Assembly: GCA_038230375.1 (NCBI GenBank)
Contig: JBBRNJ010000025.1
Location: 1 to 64,000 of the forward strand
DNA: 64,000 nucleotides
Direction: 5' to 3'
DNA from: Polyangiales bacterium
GTDB taxonomy: Bacteria > Myxococcota_A > Polyangia > Polyangiales > Polyangiaceae
The first letter of the stretch is position 1. Each line of letters starts with the position of its first letter. Positions 29,014 to 38,161 of this stretch are shown piece by piece. The notes under the pieces were generated by a model, which saw nothing but the letters and a program-made list of their open reading frames with translations, was not told the origin of the DNA and ran no database searches. The translations under genes were made by a program, and so were the position numbers.

Positions 29014-29029
29014 CGGCACCGTGCTTGCA
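29014..29029 (+). promoter_or_regulatory. sigma54 -24/-12 promoter
   Basis: CGGCACCGTGCTTGCA, close to consensus TGGCACG-N4-TTGCA. Confidence 0.75.
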
Positions 29030-29077
29030 GCCATGAGCAAGCAGATGGCCCACCGGCCGTCGAAGAGGAGATTGAAG

Positions 29078-29338
29078 ATGACCAAGATGGTGGTTGTGCT
29101 GTTTGCGTGTTTGCTTGCGTCCACTGTCGCTTGCAGCGGAGGGACCACCCGTGACCGCGACACCGCGGACCACGGAAGCGCGCCGGCGGCGTCGGCGAAC
29201 AGACGCCTTCAGCTTGGAGGCAACAATGACCAAGGCGTGCACGGCCTGCGGCCTGCGATCCACGACGGCATCAACGGTTCGTGCGTGGGTGTGTGTGGTG
29301 GCGGCATCAAACCGAGCGCCGACGTCTGGGCGCACTGA
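29078..29338 (+). CDS. Small lipoprotein (86 aa)
   Basis: SD GAGGAG; TVAC lipobox; C-terminal CVGVC. Confidence 0.6.
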   Translation: MTKMVVVLFACLLASTVACSGGTTRDRDTADHGSAPAASANRRLQLGGNNDQGVHGLRPAIHDGINGSCVGVCGGGIKPSADVWAH

Positions 29339-29418
29339 CGTAGTCGCCCTCGAATGGCCGCGCGGCTGAGCGGCGCGGCGGATAGCGCCGCCGGCGATGG
29401 GGGCTGTAAACTCGGCCG

Positions 29419-31026
29419 ATGAGTGCTAGCCTCATCAGAGGCATGACCGAGGACTTCGCGAACGGACAGACCGTCGGCCGCTACCTGCTCTTCGGCCAGA
29501 TCGGCGCGGGAGGAATGGGCGCCGTTCATCTCGGGCGCCTGATCGGCCCCGCGGGATTCTCGCGTCTCGTGGCGATCAAGCGCCTTCATCCGCATCTCAG
29601 CAAGGAGCGCGAGTTCGTGAACGCGTTTCTCGACGAGGCTCGAATCGCCGCGCGGGTGAGCCATCCAAACGTCGTTTCGATCGACGACGTCGTGATCGCG
29701 GGGAACGAAGTGTTGCTCGTCATGGAGTACGTCAAGGGACCGTCGCTGTCGTTTCTCGCATCGGCAGAACGGAAGAGTGGGCGGTGCGTTCCGCCACGTA
29801 TTGCAGTCGCCATCGCCGTGGACATGCTGCACGGGCTCCAAGCAGCGCACGACGCACGGGACGAGCGTGGAAGGGCGCTCGGCCTGATCCATCGGGACGT
29901 GTCGCCGCAAAATGTTCTCGTTGGAGTCGATGGCGTCGCGCGCGTGCTGGACTTCGGCATCGCGAAAGCGCTCGGCCGCTTGCAAACCACGGAGGAGGGG
30001 GCGGTCAAAGGCAAGCTCGCGTACATGGCGCCGGAGCGCCTCTCGGACCGCGAGAGCACCGCGAGCGTCGACATCTACGCCGCGGCCATCGTGATCTGGG
30101 AGCTGCTTGCCGGCGAACGTTACTTCGAGGGTCCTTCGAGCGAGGCGCTCCTCCCGATCGTCATCGATGCAAAGTACAGGCACCTCCGCGATCCGGCGCT
30201 CGTAGCGATCGACGCAGTGCTCGAACGCGCGCTCCGGCGCGAGCCGTCCGAACGTCACGGCTCGTGCAACGAGCTCGCCAAAGATCTCGAGCGCCTGATC
30301 GTTCCTGCGAGCCGAAGCGAGATAACGCCGTGGGTCCAGCGAATCGCGGGCGCGGAGATCGCTGAAAGCGACGCTCTGATCTCCGATGTGGAACGCAACT
30401 CCATGCGATCGCCGCCCCCTCCCTCAGAGGCCTCGCGGACGGTGACCACCAGGGTCGACACCTCGGAGTCGGACGCGGAAGCACCACCCACCAGACCGGA
30501 ACCGCATCGCTACGACGACCCGCCACCGCAGACACAGCCACCGCCGACGCGTCCCGAGCGCGGGTCGAGGCATCACGAGTCGTCGACGCAGCTCACGAGC
30601 GAAGCCACCGTCAGCGGCCTTGCGGGCCCGACGAACGCGAACGTGGGGGCGCGCCGCTCGAGGTTCTGGCGCATCGTCGGCGTTGCGGCGGTCATTGCCG
30701 TGGCTGCGATCTTGGTTGCCTGGGGCGAGAGTTCGCGCGAGCGCGCAGGCAGCGCCAGCACTGGCCGGCCGACTCTGGTCGAAACGTCGTGGCCGGTTCA
30801 GCCATCCGAGGAGACTGTGCCGTCCGCCCCTTCGCAGACCCCGCAGAGATCTTCTTCATCGGGTGATGCCGTGGGGCCGCTGGCAACAACGTCGGCGACC
30901 GTTGCCGGAGTCAGCACCGACCGCCCACACGCCAAGACCGCGACGCCAACGCCGTCGACGCGGCCGAGCGGGAGCGCTCCCCCGAAACCAACATCCGATC
31001 CAGACGCGCCTTCGGACCGCAAGTGA
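29419..31026 (+). CDS. Membrane Ser/Thr protein kinase
   Basis: GAGGMG, VAIK, HRDVSPQN, DFG, YMAPE; one TM helix; Pro/Ser/Thr-rich exported tail. Confidence 0.95.
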   Translation: MSASLIRGMTEDFANGQTVGRYLLFGQIGAGGMGAVHLGRLIGPAGFSRLVAIKRLHPHLSKEREFVNAFLDEARIAARVSHPNVVSIDDVVIAGNEVLLVMEYVKGPSLSFLASAERKSGRCVPPRIAVAIAVDMLHGLQAAHDARDERGRALGLIHRDVSPQNVLVGVDGVARVLDFGIAKALGRLQTTEEGAVKGKLAYMAPERLSDRESTASVDIYAAAIVIWELLAGERYFEGPSSEALLPIVIDAKYRHLRDPALVAIDAVLERALRREPSERHGSCNELAKDLERLIVPASRSEITPWVQRIAGAEIAESDALISDVERNSMRSPPPPSEASRTVTTRVDTSESDAEAPPTRPEPHRYDDPPPQTQPPPTRPERGSRHHESSTQLTSEATVSGLAGPTNANVGARRSRFWRIVGVAAVIAVAAILVAWGESSRERAGSASTGRPTLVETSWPVQPSEETVPSAPSQTPQRSSSSGDAVGPLATTSATVAGVSTDRPHAKTATPTPSTRPSGSAPPKPTSDPDAPSDRK

Positions 31027-32021
31027 AGCGTCGCATTCGCCACGCGCAATGGTTCCTCGGCCTCGTCACCATCTGTGCGATGAGCCACTCCAGCACTGCA
31101 CGTGCAGGTAACGACACGGCCGCTGCGCAGGCGCTGTTCGAAGAGGCGCGCACCCTCATGGCAAAGGGCGACCTCGCCGCGGCGTGCGCAAAGTTCGAAG
31201 GCAGCGAGGCACTCGACCCAGGGGCGGGTACGGAATACAACCTCGCGCTCTGCTACGAAAAGGCAGGACGCAGCGCGAGCGCGTGGGCAACGTACCTCAC
31301 CGCGGCGGCATCCTACAGGGCTACGAACCGTGCCGAGTGGGAGACGAAGGCTCGTGACCGCGCGAGCGCGCTCGCCCCCACGTTGAGTCGCGTCACGCTG
31401 GTCGCCGCGACGAGCACGCCCGCAGACGTCGTGATCACACGCGACGGTGCAAAGGTCCTGCCTTCGGAGCTCGGCGCATCCATCCCGCTCGACCCTGGGC
31501 ATCACGTCATCGAGGCCACCGCGAGCGGCCGGTCCAAGTGGACGAACGCGTTCGACCTGGCCCCGCGCTCTAGCGTGACGATCGAGATCGCGTTTGGACC
31601 ACAAAACGCCGGAGCGCCCGACGCGACTACCAAGATCGACGACCCGCACCCCGCGAGTCCGAAGAGCGACACGAAAGCGCAGAGATCCACGCTACGTACC
31701 GTTGCGTACGTCGCCGGTGGCGTCGGAATCGTTGGGCTCGGCCTTGGTGCAAGCGCCGGCTTCGCGGCCGTAAGCAGCAACAACGCGTCCAAGAAAGCTT
31801 GTCCGAACAGCGGGCCTTGCGCGGACGCGCATGCGAGAGGGGACAATTCGACAGCCCGCGACTGGGCCGCGGTGTCGACGGTCTCGTTCATCGCCGGCGG
31901 AGCGCTCCTCACTGGTGCGGCGATCATGTTCTTCGTCTCGCCAAAGTCTTCCTCGACCGCGGGCGTGTACATCACGCCAACGATCGGCCTCGGCGGAGCC
32001 GGTGTCACGGGGGCCTTTTGA
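31023..32021 (+). CDS. Exported TPR + PEGA-like protein with Gly-rich hydrophobic C-terminus
   Basis: AQALFEEA...ACAKFEGS...YNLALCYEK TPR; LDPGHHVIEA PEGA-like; terminal GVTGAF; GTGA overlap. Confidence 0.85.
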   Translation: MKRRIRHAQWFLGLVTICAMSHSSTARAGNDTAAAQALFEEARTLMAKGDLAAACAKFEGSEALDPGAGTEYNLALCYEKAGRSASAWATYLTAAASYRATNRAEWETKARDRASALAPTLSRVTLVAATSTPADVVITRDGAKVLPSELGASIPLDPGHHVIEATASGRSKWTNAFDLAPRSSVTIEIAFGPQNAGAPDATTKIDDPHPASPKSDTKAQRSTLRTVAYVAGGVGIVGLGLGASAGFAAVSSNNASKKACPNSGPCADAHARGDNSTARDWAAVSTVSFIAGGALLTGAAIMFFVSPKSSSTAGVYITPTIGLGGAGVTGAF

Positions 32022-33217
32022 AACGCATCCTTGCACTCACCCTCGTGGCCGCCATTCCCGCGTGCGGCCTGCTGATCGACATCAAGGATCTCACGCCCGC
32101 AGAGGGCGAACCCGGCTTCAGCGACAACGACGGCTCGGTGTCCGACGGCATGAGCAAGCTGCCGACCGACGCGAGCGGCGGCACGGACGCCGGAAAGATC
32201 GCCGATGGGAGTGACGGTGGCTGCGGCGATGTATCGATGAACGCGAACAACTGCGGACGCTGCGGTCATTCCTGCCTCGGCGGCGACTGCCTAGGTGGCT
32301 CTTGCCAGCCGAAGATGATCGGCGCGCTCGCGGGCGAGGTCTCGAGCGTCGCGGTGGACTCCACCTCCGTGTATTTTGCATCCTTCGACTACAACACCGG
32401 CGCGGTCGCCCGCGTTGCCAAGACCGGCGGCGCGGTGAGCACGTTCGCGTCCGGTGCAGACACGCGACTCGTGAAGCGGGTCGCGGTCAACGGCTCGCAC
32501 GTCTACTGGGCGTGCGCGGACACGGGCTCGGGCATCGTCTCTCGTTGTCCCGTCGCCGGATGCGTCGGCGCTCCAGAGGTGCTGGCGAATCCAGGTGAGC
32601 CGACGGGGCTCACGCTCGATCCAACGTTCGTCACCTGGGCCGATCACAATGGCGGGCAGATCGCCCGCAAGCCGATCGATGGTGGCGTCGTGAAGCTGGT
32701 CGCCATGACGAGCGGCGCGCTTCCCGTCGCCGTTGTCGTGGAACCTCCGCGCACGTTCTGGCTCAACGACTTCAGCGGCGAAGTGTACGGCAACATCCCC
32801 GCCGACGGAGGCAGCGTTCTGCTTGGGTCGGCTGGCCAATCGGGTCGTGATCTCGTCATCGTTCCGGGCGCGCCCTCGTTCCTCTATTGGGGCACGGCCG
32901 GCACCAACGTCGGCGACCCAGGCACCATCGCGCGCGTGCCCGCCGACAAGAGCAGCGCAGTCCAGACGCTGGGCGTCGCAAACGGCGACCCACGTGCGCT
33001 CGCGATCGACGCGAAGCTCGTATACTGGACTGCGCGCGCGACCGCGTCGGACGGCGGCGTTGTCGCAGGCGCGGTATTCGCGTGTCCGCAGACCGGTTGC
33101 GGTGCGGGCGCTACCAAGGTCGCGGTCAATCAGGATCTGCCTTGGGGCATCGCCGTCGACAACGACGCGATCTATTGGGGCGTGAGAGGTGGCGTCATGA
33201 AGCTCGCGAAGCCGTAG
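32018..33217 (+). CDS. Beta-propeller lipoprotein with Cys-rich segment
   Basis: TTG start overlapping the upstream TGA; IPAC lipobox; NCGRCGHSC; VAVDSTSVYF/IAVDNDAIYW blades. Confidence 0.8.
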   Translation: MKRILALTLVAAIPACGLLIDIKDLTPAEGEPGFSDNDGSVSDGMSKLPTDASGGTDAGKIADGSDGGCGDVSMNANNCGRCGHSCLGGDCLGGSCQPKMIGALAGEVSSVAVDSTSVYFASFDYNTGAVARVAKTGGAVSTFASGADTRLVKRVAVNGSHVYWACADTGSGIVSRCPVAGCVGAPEVLANPGEPTGLTLDPTFVTWADHNGGQIARKPIDGGVVKLVAMTSGALPVAVVVEPPRTFWLNDFSGEVYGNIPADGGSVLLGSAGQSGRDLVIVPGAPSFLYWGTAGTNVGDPGTIARVPADKSSAVQTLGVANGDPRALAIDAKLVYWTARATASDGGVVAGAVFACPQTGCGAGATKVAVNQDLPWGIAVDNDAIYWGVRGGVMKLAKP

Positions 33218-33223
33218 AGCGTC

Positions 33224-34606
33224 TCACCGCGGCCGATACGCATCCGCATCGAGCCCGTGTTGCCTGAGCCACCGATGAATGAGGGAGCGATCGCGACAGA
33301 AGAGTCGGGCCAACGCGGCGATGTTACCGCCGTGCTCCACCAGCGCGGCGCGTAGCTCGTCGGGCGTGGGCACCGCCGGCTTGGTGTTTTCGTTGGCGTC
33401 GGCCGTGTCGTCGCCACGGTCCGGACCGCCGGCCCCGCTGCGTTCCGCGCTCTTCTTCTTCGGCGTGAGGAGCTCGTCTGGCAGGTGCTTCGTGTCGAGG
33501 GTCTCGTCTTTCGATGCGAGCGCAACTGCCCGGCGCAGGATGGAGAACAGCTCGCGGACGTTGAACGGAAAGTCGTAGCGCGCCAGCGCCACCATGAAGG
33601 CGACCGACACCCCTGCGTCCTTGCGATCGAGACGCGCGAGAAGCGCACGCACGAGGAAATGGAGATCCTGCTTGCGTGCACGCAGCGGCGGAAGGTGGAC
33701 GACGTACCCGCGAATCCGTGAGTACAGGTCCGCGCGAAAGCGCTTCTCCGCGACCAGCGCGTCGAGATCTTGATGGGTCGCGCAGACAATGCGAACGTCG
33801 ACTTGCTCGGTGCGCGCCCCTCCCACTGGCGATATCTCGTTCGACTCGAGGAGGCGCAATAGCTTCGGTTGGATCTCGAGCGGCAGGTCGCCGATCTCGT
33901 CGAGGAACAGCGTGCCACCGTCGGCCGCGCGCACGATGCCAGGGCGATCTCGGTCGGCGCCAGAAAAGGCTCCCTTCTTCACGCCAAAGAGCTCGCTCTC
34001 GACCAGCGTCGCGGGGATCGCCGCGCAGTTGAGCGCGCGCAGCTCGCCTTTGCGACGGCTCGCGGCGTGCGTCGCAGCGGCGACCAGTTCTTTGCCAGTT
34101 CCGGTCTCACCAAGGACAAGCACAGGAATGGTGGACGCTGCGATGGACGCGAGATCGTCGAAGATTCGACGCGTCGCCGGGCCGCACGCGATGAAAGCGT
34201 GATCGTGCTCATCCGCGCCTCCGTCGTCGATATGGCGCCGCGCGTTCTCCGCCACGAAGACGAAGATGGCATCGCCGATCCTGACGTCGTCTCCATCCGA
34301 GAGCTCGGCGGACTCGACGACGTTGCCACGGACCAAGATGCCGTTGCGACTTCCAAGATCGTGGATGGTGCAACGATCGCCGCGGCGCGTGACGCGTGCG
34401 TGCACGCGCGATACGGACGACAACGCGAGCGTGATACCGCCAGGAGGGGGCTCGCGTCCGAGCACTGTACTGCCGGGCTCGAGCAAGATGACAAGCGGGA
34501 CGGCGCTGCGATCCTGCGCATAGACGAGGACCAGACCAGGATCCGTGGAGGACGAGGACGACCGCTTCGGCTCTCCGGCCATGGTCCCCGTGAGATCGTC
34601 GCCCAT
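33224..34606 (-). CDS. FHA-domain sigma54-dependent enhancer-binding protein
   Basis: FHA (LGR...VSRVHA...DLGSRNG); GETGTGKE, ESELFG, GAFSGA, LFLDEIG; C-terminal HTH. Confidence 0.95.
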   Translation of the reverse strand: MGDDLTGTMAGEPKRSSSSSTDPGLVLVYAQDRSAVPLVILLEPGSTVLGREPPPGGITLALSSVSRVHARVTRRGDRCTIHDLGSRNGILVRGNVVESAELSDGDDVRIGDAIFVFVAENARRHIDDGGADEHDHAFIACGPATRRIFDDLASIAASTIPVLVLGETGTGKELVAAATHAASRRKGELRALNCAAIPATLVESELFGVKKGAFSGADRDRPGIVRAADGGTLFLDEIGDLPLEIQPKLLRLLESNEISPVGGARTEQVDVRIVCATHQDLDALVAEKRFRADLYSRIRGYVVHLPPLRARKQDLHFLVRALLARLDRKDAGVSVAFMVALARYDFPFNVRELFSILRRAVALASKDETLDTKHLPDELLTPKKKSAERSGAGGPDRGDDTADANENTKPAVPTPDELRAALVEHGGNIAALARLFCRDRSLIHRWLRQHGLDADAYRPR

Positions 34607-34625
34607 GCAGACGATTCTACATCTT

Positions 34626-34656
34626 CCGTGACCCACCGTGACCGTGACCGTGACCC
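34626..34656 (-). promoter_or_regulatory. (CGTGAC)n array, putative enhancer (UAS)
   Basis: CCGTGACCCACCGTGACCGTGACCGTGACCC between the activator gene and the RCC1 gene. Confidence 0.6.
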
Positions 34657-34715
34657 AGGGCGTGTGAACCACCATCAATACAGCTAAAAAGAGCTCGAAT
34701 CGCGCCGCGAACGGA

Positions 34716-34731
34716 CGGCCCGCCGATTGCA
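34716..34731 (+). promoter_or_regulatory. sigma54 -24/-12 promoter
   Basis: CGGCCCGCCGATTGCA (GG-N10-GC), 12 nt before ATG 34744. Confidence 0.65.
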
Positions 34732-34743
34732 CTCTCGTGTCCC

Positions 34744-36015
34744 ATGAAAAGCGCACACGTCTTCTCGGTCATCGCGATTGCCTTCGCTGCCTCTGCGTGC
34801 AGTTCCCCGTCCACGTCGGGTTCGTCGGCCGACGACCCGTCAACGCCCGACCCGGCCGACGCTGCCGTCGCCGCGCTCCCATCCGCCAAGGCGACGAGCC
34901 TCTCGGTGGGCGCCGCGCACGCCTGCGCGTTGACGACGGAGGGTGCGGTCCGCTGCTGGGGCTATTCCGACAAGGGAGAGATTGGCAACGGCGCGCCGTA
35001 CGACACCACGCGGCACGCCGTGCCGGTGCAAGTCACGGGGCTGACCGCGGGCGTCAAGGTGCTTAGCGCTGGAGACGATTTCAGCTGCGTCGTCACGTCT
35101 GCGGGCGGCGTGAAGTGCTGGGGAAACAACGATGGCGGTCAGCTCGGAACCGGCATCGTCTACACGGACAGCAGCATGCAGGCGTCGAACGTCCCCGTCG
35201 ACGTGAAGGGCATCACGTCTGGAGCTACCGCCGTGTCCGCCGGCGGAGACCATGCATGCGCGATCGTCGGGAGCGGCTCCGTCAAATGCTGGGGCCACGA
35301 CGAGTACGGCAAGCTCGGGAACAACTCGACGCACTCGCCCGGCGACGACCAGCCTTCGTTCCTGCCGCCCGTCGACGTCATCGGCATCACCAACGCCGTG
35401 CAGATCAGCGTGGGCGGTGGCCAGAGCTGCGCGGTGCTCGCGACTGGCGCGTTGAAATGCTGGGGCTCCAACACGTGGGGCGAGCTTGGAATCGGCACGG
35501 AAGACCCGTCGAAGCGCGTTCCAGTTGATGTGAGCGCGCTGGGCACAGATGTCGCTTACGTGGCGGCGGGGCCGAGACAGACGTGCGTGATCATGAAGAC
35601 CGGTGCGCTCAAGTGTTGGGGCGAAGGCGACTCCGGCGATCTCGGGGACGGCATGACCGGGATCATTCGCAACGTGCGCTTGCCGGGAGACGTGCTCGGC
35701 GTGAGCGCAGGTGCAACGAGCATCTCCGCGAACGGCTTTTCCTGCGCTGTCATCTCTGGCGCGACGAAGTGCTGGGGCAAGAGCGCGGACCTCGGCTACG
35801 GGGAGCCAGGCTTCGAGACCTACGCACCGGCCGCCGCCGCAGTCGGGCTCGAGAGCGGCTCGCAACGAGTGGAAGTGGGAAACGCGTTCGCGTGCGCGCT
35901 CACGACCGCCGGCGCGATCGAGTGCTGGGGAACCAACGACGCGGGAAACCTTGGCAACGGTCTGACGGACGCGGTGAGAGTTTCGCAGCCTGCGCCCGTC
36001 ATCAGCTTCCCGTGA
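34744..36015 (+). CDS. RCC1/BLIP-II repeat lipoprotein
   Basis: ASAC lipobox; seven CWGxNxxGxLG-type repeats. Confidence 0.9.
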   Translation: MKSAHVFSVIAIAFAASACSSPSTSGSSADDPSTPDPADAAVAALPSAKATSLSVGAAHACALTTEGAVRCWGYSDKGEIGNGAPYDTTRHAVPVQVTGLTAGVKVLSAGDDFSCVVTSAGGVKCWGNNDGGQLGTGIVYTDSSMQASNVPVDVKGITSGATAVSAGGDHACAIVGSGSVKCWGHDEYGKLGNNSTHSPGDDQPSFLPPVDVIGITNAVQISVGGGQSCAVLATGALKCWGSNTWGELGIGTEDPSKRVPVDVSALGTDVAYVAAGPRQTCVIMKTGALKCWGEGDSGDLGDGMTGIIRNVRLPGDVLGVSAGATSISANGFSCAVISGATKCWGKSADLGYGEPGFETYAPAAAAVGLESGSQRVEVGNAFACALTTAGAIECWGTNDAGNLGNGLTDAVRVSQPAPVISFP

Positions 36016-36048
36016 AATTCGCGCGGGCATATACCCAGCGGCTCACGC

Positions 36049-36378
36049 TCACGGGGTGGGCGGCCAGGTGCGGGCCGTGCTGTTGTACACGTCGAATCCT
36101 ACCCACGCCCGGCCAGGAAGGAGCGTGCCGCTTCGTGCGATAGCGTGAACCTGGCGGAGCTGCGCCGCGTAGAACCCGACCTACGCGCCAACTTCCGCGA
36201 CGGCCGCCGCGCGGTTCAAATCCCAGGCAGCGCGGAACTCGGCGCTGTCGATCCACGCGTCGGCCTGCAGGACGCTGGAATTGTCGTCCGCCGCAAGACC
36301 GAGCCGGGCGGCGAACCGGGCGGCCATGGCGCGAAACTCGTGAACGTCGGTTGCCGCAATCGGAGGATCGGTGGTCAT
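36049..36378 (-). pseudogene. Possible small ORF interrupted by an in-frame TAG at 36181-36183
   Basis: The frame stays open for 43 codons after the TAG; no recognisable family. Confidence 0.25.
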
Positions 36379-36592
36379 GTTGGACGTGGGGAAACGCGGT
36401 TGGAGCGGCGCCGGCGGTTGCCCGAGGCACGCGGAGTGTAGCGCCCCGGAGTCGGCCGGCCACTCGGATCTTCGGCGGTGTTTACCCCGCGCTCGAGGTT
36501 CGCATCCGCGGCTCGCTGCCTGACGAGGTGGAGCCGATGACCTGGCCGGCAAGGGCGGTTGCGGCTTGCACACGCAGCAGCGATGCGGATGA

Positions 36593-37177
36593 ATGGACCC
36601 CATGGTCGACGAGCTCCCAGGTGTGATTTCGAACGGTGGCCCGCTGATCGCGATCCCCCGCGATCTCGTGGATTCTTGGCAGGGCGCGCTCCCTGAAGGA
36701 GCCGTGCGTGACTGTGACTACGAACGCGCCTGTGACCCGCCGGACGAGCGAGTGACCATCTCGGATTCATACTCGACGTGGATGGTCTCGGTGGGTGGCG
36801 GCTCTGCGCTCGTTCTCGACGGCGAATGCAGCACCACGGCGCTGCGGTGGGATGACGGGTTGGTCGTGATTCGAGACTTCGGACCCGCGGGCCAGACCGA
36901 CGTCGTCGCGATGATTGCGGCGGTCACGCCCGACCAATGGGTCCCCACGTCGTTCACTGTCGACCTGAAATCCGGCGGCCTCTTCATCTTCGACTCGGCC
37001 TACGCCGGCCAGGAACGTGAGCAGGCTGATGGGGGCGTACTGGAGGCCGCCGTCGTTCCCGGTGCATACCGCGTGTGGGTCGCGCGCCCCTTGAAGGACC
37101 GCACGACCTTGGTGAGGCTGGTGGGCGCGTCGCAGCGCAACGTCGAAAGGGGCATGACCGGCATCCTGGTACGCTGA
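36593..37177 (+). CDS. Imm21-like immunity protein
   Basis: SNGGPLIAIP...WQG...DYERAC...VGGGSALVLDGE pattern. Confidence 0.65.
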   Translation: MDPMVDELPGVISNGGPLIAIPRDLVDSWQGALPEGAVRDCDYERACDPPDERVTISDSYSTWMVSVGGGSALVLDGECSTTALRWDDGLVVIRDFGPAGQTDVVAMIAAVTPDQWVPTSFTVDLKSGGLFIFDSAYAGQEREQADGGVLEAAVVPGAYRVWVARPLKDRTTLVRLVGASQRNVERGMTGILVR

Positions 37178-37268
37178 AGAGCGGCGCTTGTGCGCGGGCG
37201 GATGGACGAAGGTCCAGCCTTCGCCAAAGGGTGAACCAGAATGGGTGCGATTGGTGTATTTTGCGGGC

Positions 37269-37985
37269 ATGCGAAAGCCAGTGAAGACCCGCGCCTCTCG
37301 GTCGCGTCCCTCTGCGGTGGTTCGCGCCGAGCACGGTGGCGCGCCGGTGCGCTTGAAGGCTGCGGAGCGAAAGCTGTTCGACGAAGCGCTCCGCATGGGT
37401 ACGGACCTGGCGGACGAGCTCGAGTCCCGCATGATGTCTTTCGGACGCTGGCTCCTGTCCGAAGTCTTCGCGAACGATGCGGCGCTCGCGCTTGACGACA
37501 AGAGCAAGAATCCGATCTGGGTAGAGCTGGTTGCTCGTGCGGGCGGGCCCACGCTGCGGATCGGAAAGAAGATGCTCTACGTCGCGGTGCGGCTCGCCGC
37601 GTACGACAAGCGCATTGGCGATCAGGCGTGGCACGGTCTGGACGCGGGCCGGAAGGAGATCCTTCTCCCGCTGCGCGACGACCGGCGTCTGCGCGAGGCG
37701 GCGCAGCACGTGTCAAAGTTCAACCTCACCCAGATCAAGACTGCCGCCTATGTGGGCGCGCTGATGGCGGAGAGCGGTGAGGCGAAGCCGGTTCGCTTGA
37801 CCGCGCCCATGCTCGTGGGACGCATGAAGAAGATCCAGGAGGCGCTTGGCGGTGCCGCCACCCTGAAGCGGGTGCGCGCGCTGCACGGCGACCTCTCCAC
37901 GGCCGAGCGCCAACAGGTCGCGAGCGAGATCGACAAGGTGCGCGACGTACTCTCCGCCATCGCGCGCGAGGTCCGCGGTCGCTGA
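37269..37985 (+). CDS. Hypothetical basic helical protein
   Basis: Good coding bias; TATTTT 6 nt before ATG. Confidence 0.65.
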   Translation: MRKPVKTRASRSRPSAVVRAEHGGAPVRLKAAERKLFDEALRMGTDLADELESRMMSFGRWLLSEVFANDAALALDDKSKNPIWVELVARAGGPTLRIGKKMLYVAVRLAAYDKRIGDQAWHGLDAGRKEILLPLRDDRRLREAAQHVSKFNLTQIKTAAYVGALMAESGEAKPVRLTAPMLVGRMKKIQEALGGAATLKRVRALHGDLSTAERQQVASEIDKVRDVLSAIAREVRGR

Positions 37986-38084
37986 AGATTCGCGGACCGC
38001 GCGCCAACGCGAGCGCGCATACTTCGCACGAAAATCTGCCGCCGGAAAATTCGAAATCCCCCGGCTTTTCTAGCGTGATGGCTC

Positions 38085-38104
38085 CAGTTCCGGCGCCGGA
38101 ACTG
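38085..38104. repeat. Perfect 20-bp palindrome
   Basis: CAGTTCCGGCGCCGGAACTG. Confidence 0.85.
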
Positions 38105-38127
38105 AGCCGTCCGTCGGCCGGTCTCCG

Positions 38128-38155
38128 TTGACGTCGGGCCAGCGGCGCGTACCTT
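38128..38155 (+). promoter_or_regulatory. sigma70-type promoter, leaderless
   Basis: TTGACG-N16-TACCTT-N6-ATG. Confidence 0.6.
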
Positions 38156-38161
38156 CGCGCG

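Noticed and set aside
28939..34656. The 20-bp inverted pair as terminal inverted repeats of a 5.7-kb transposon
   Set aside because: No transposase or target-site duplication; the matched spacing to sigma54 promoters fits enhancer sites better.
36181..36183. In-frame TAG as pyrrolysine or programmed readthrough
   Set aside because: No recognisable protein family or recoding machinery; a nonsense mutation or spurious ORF is simpler.
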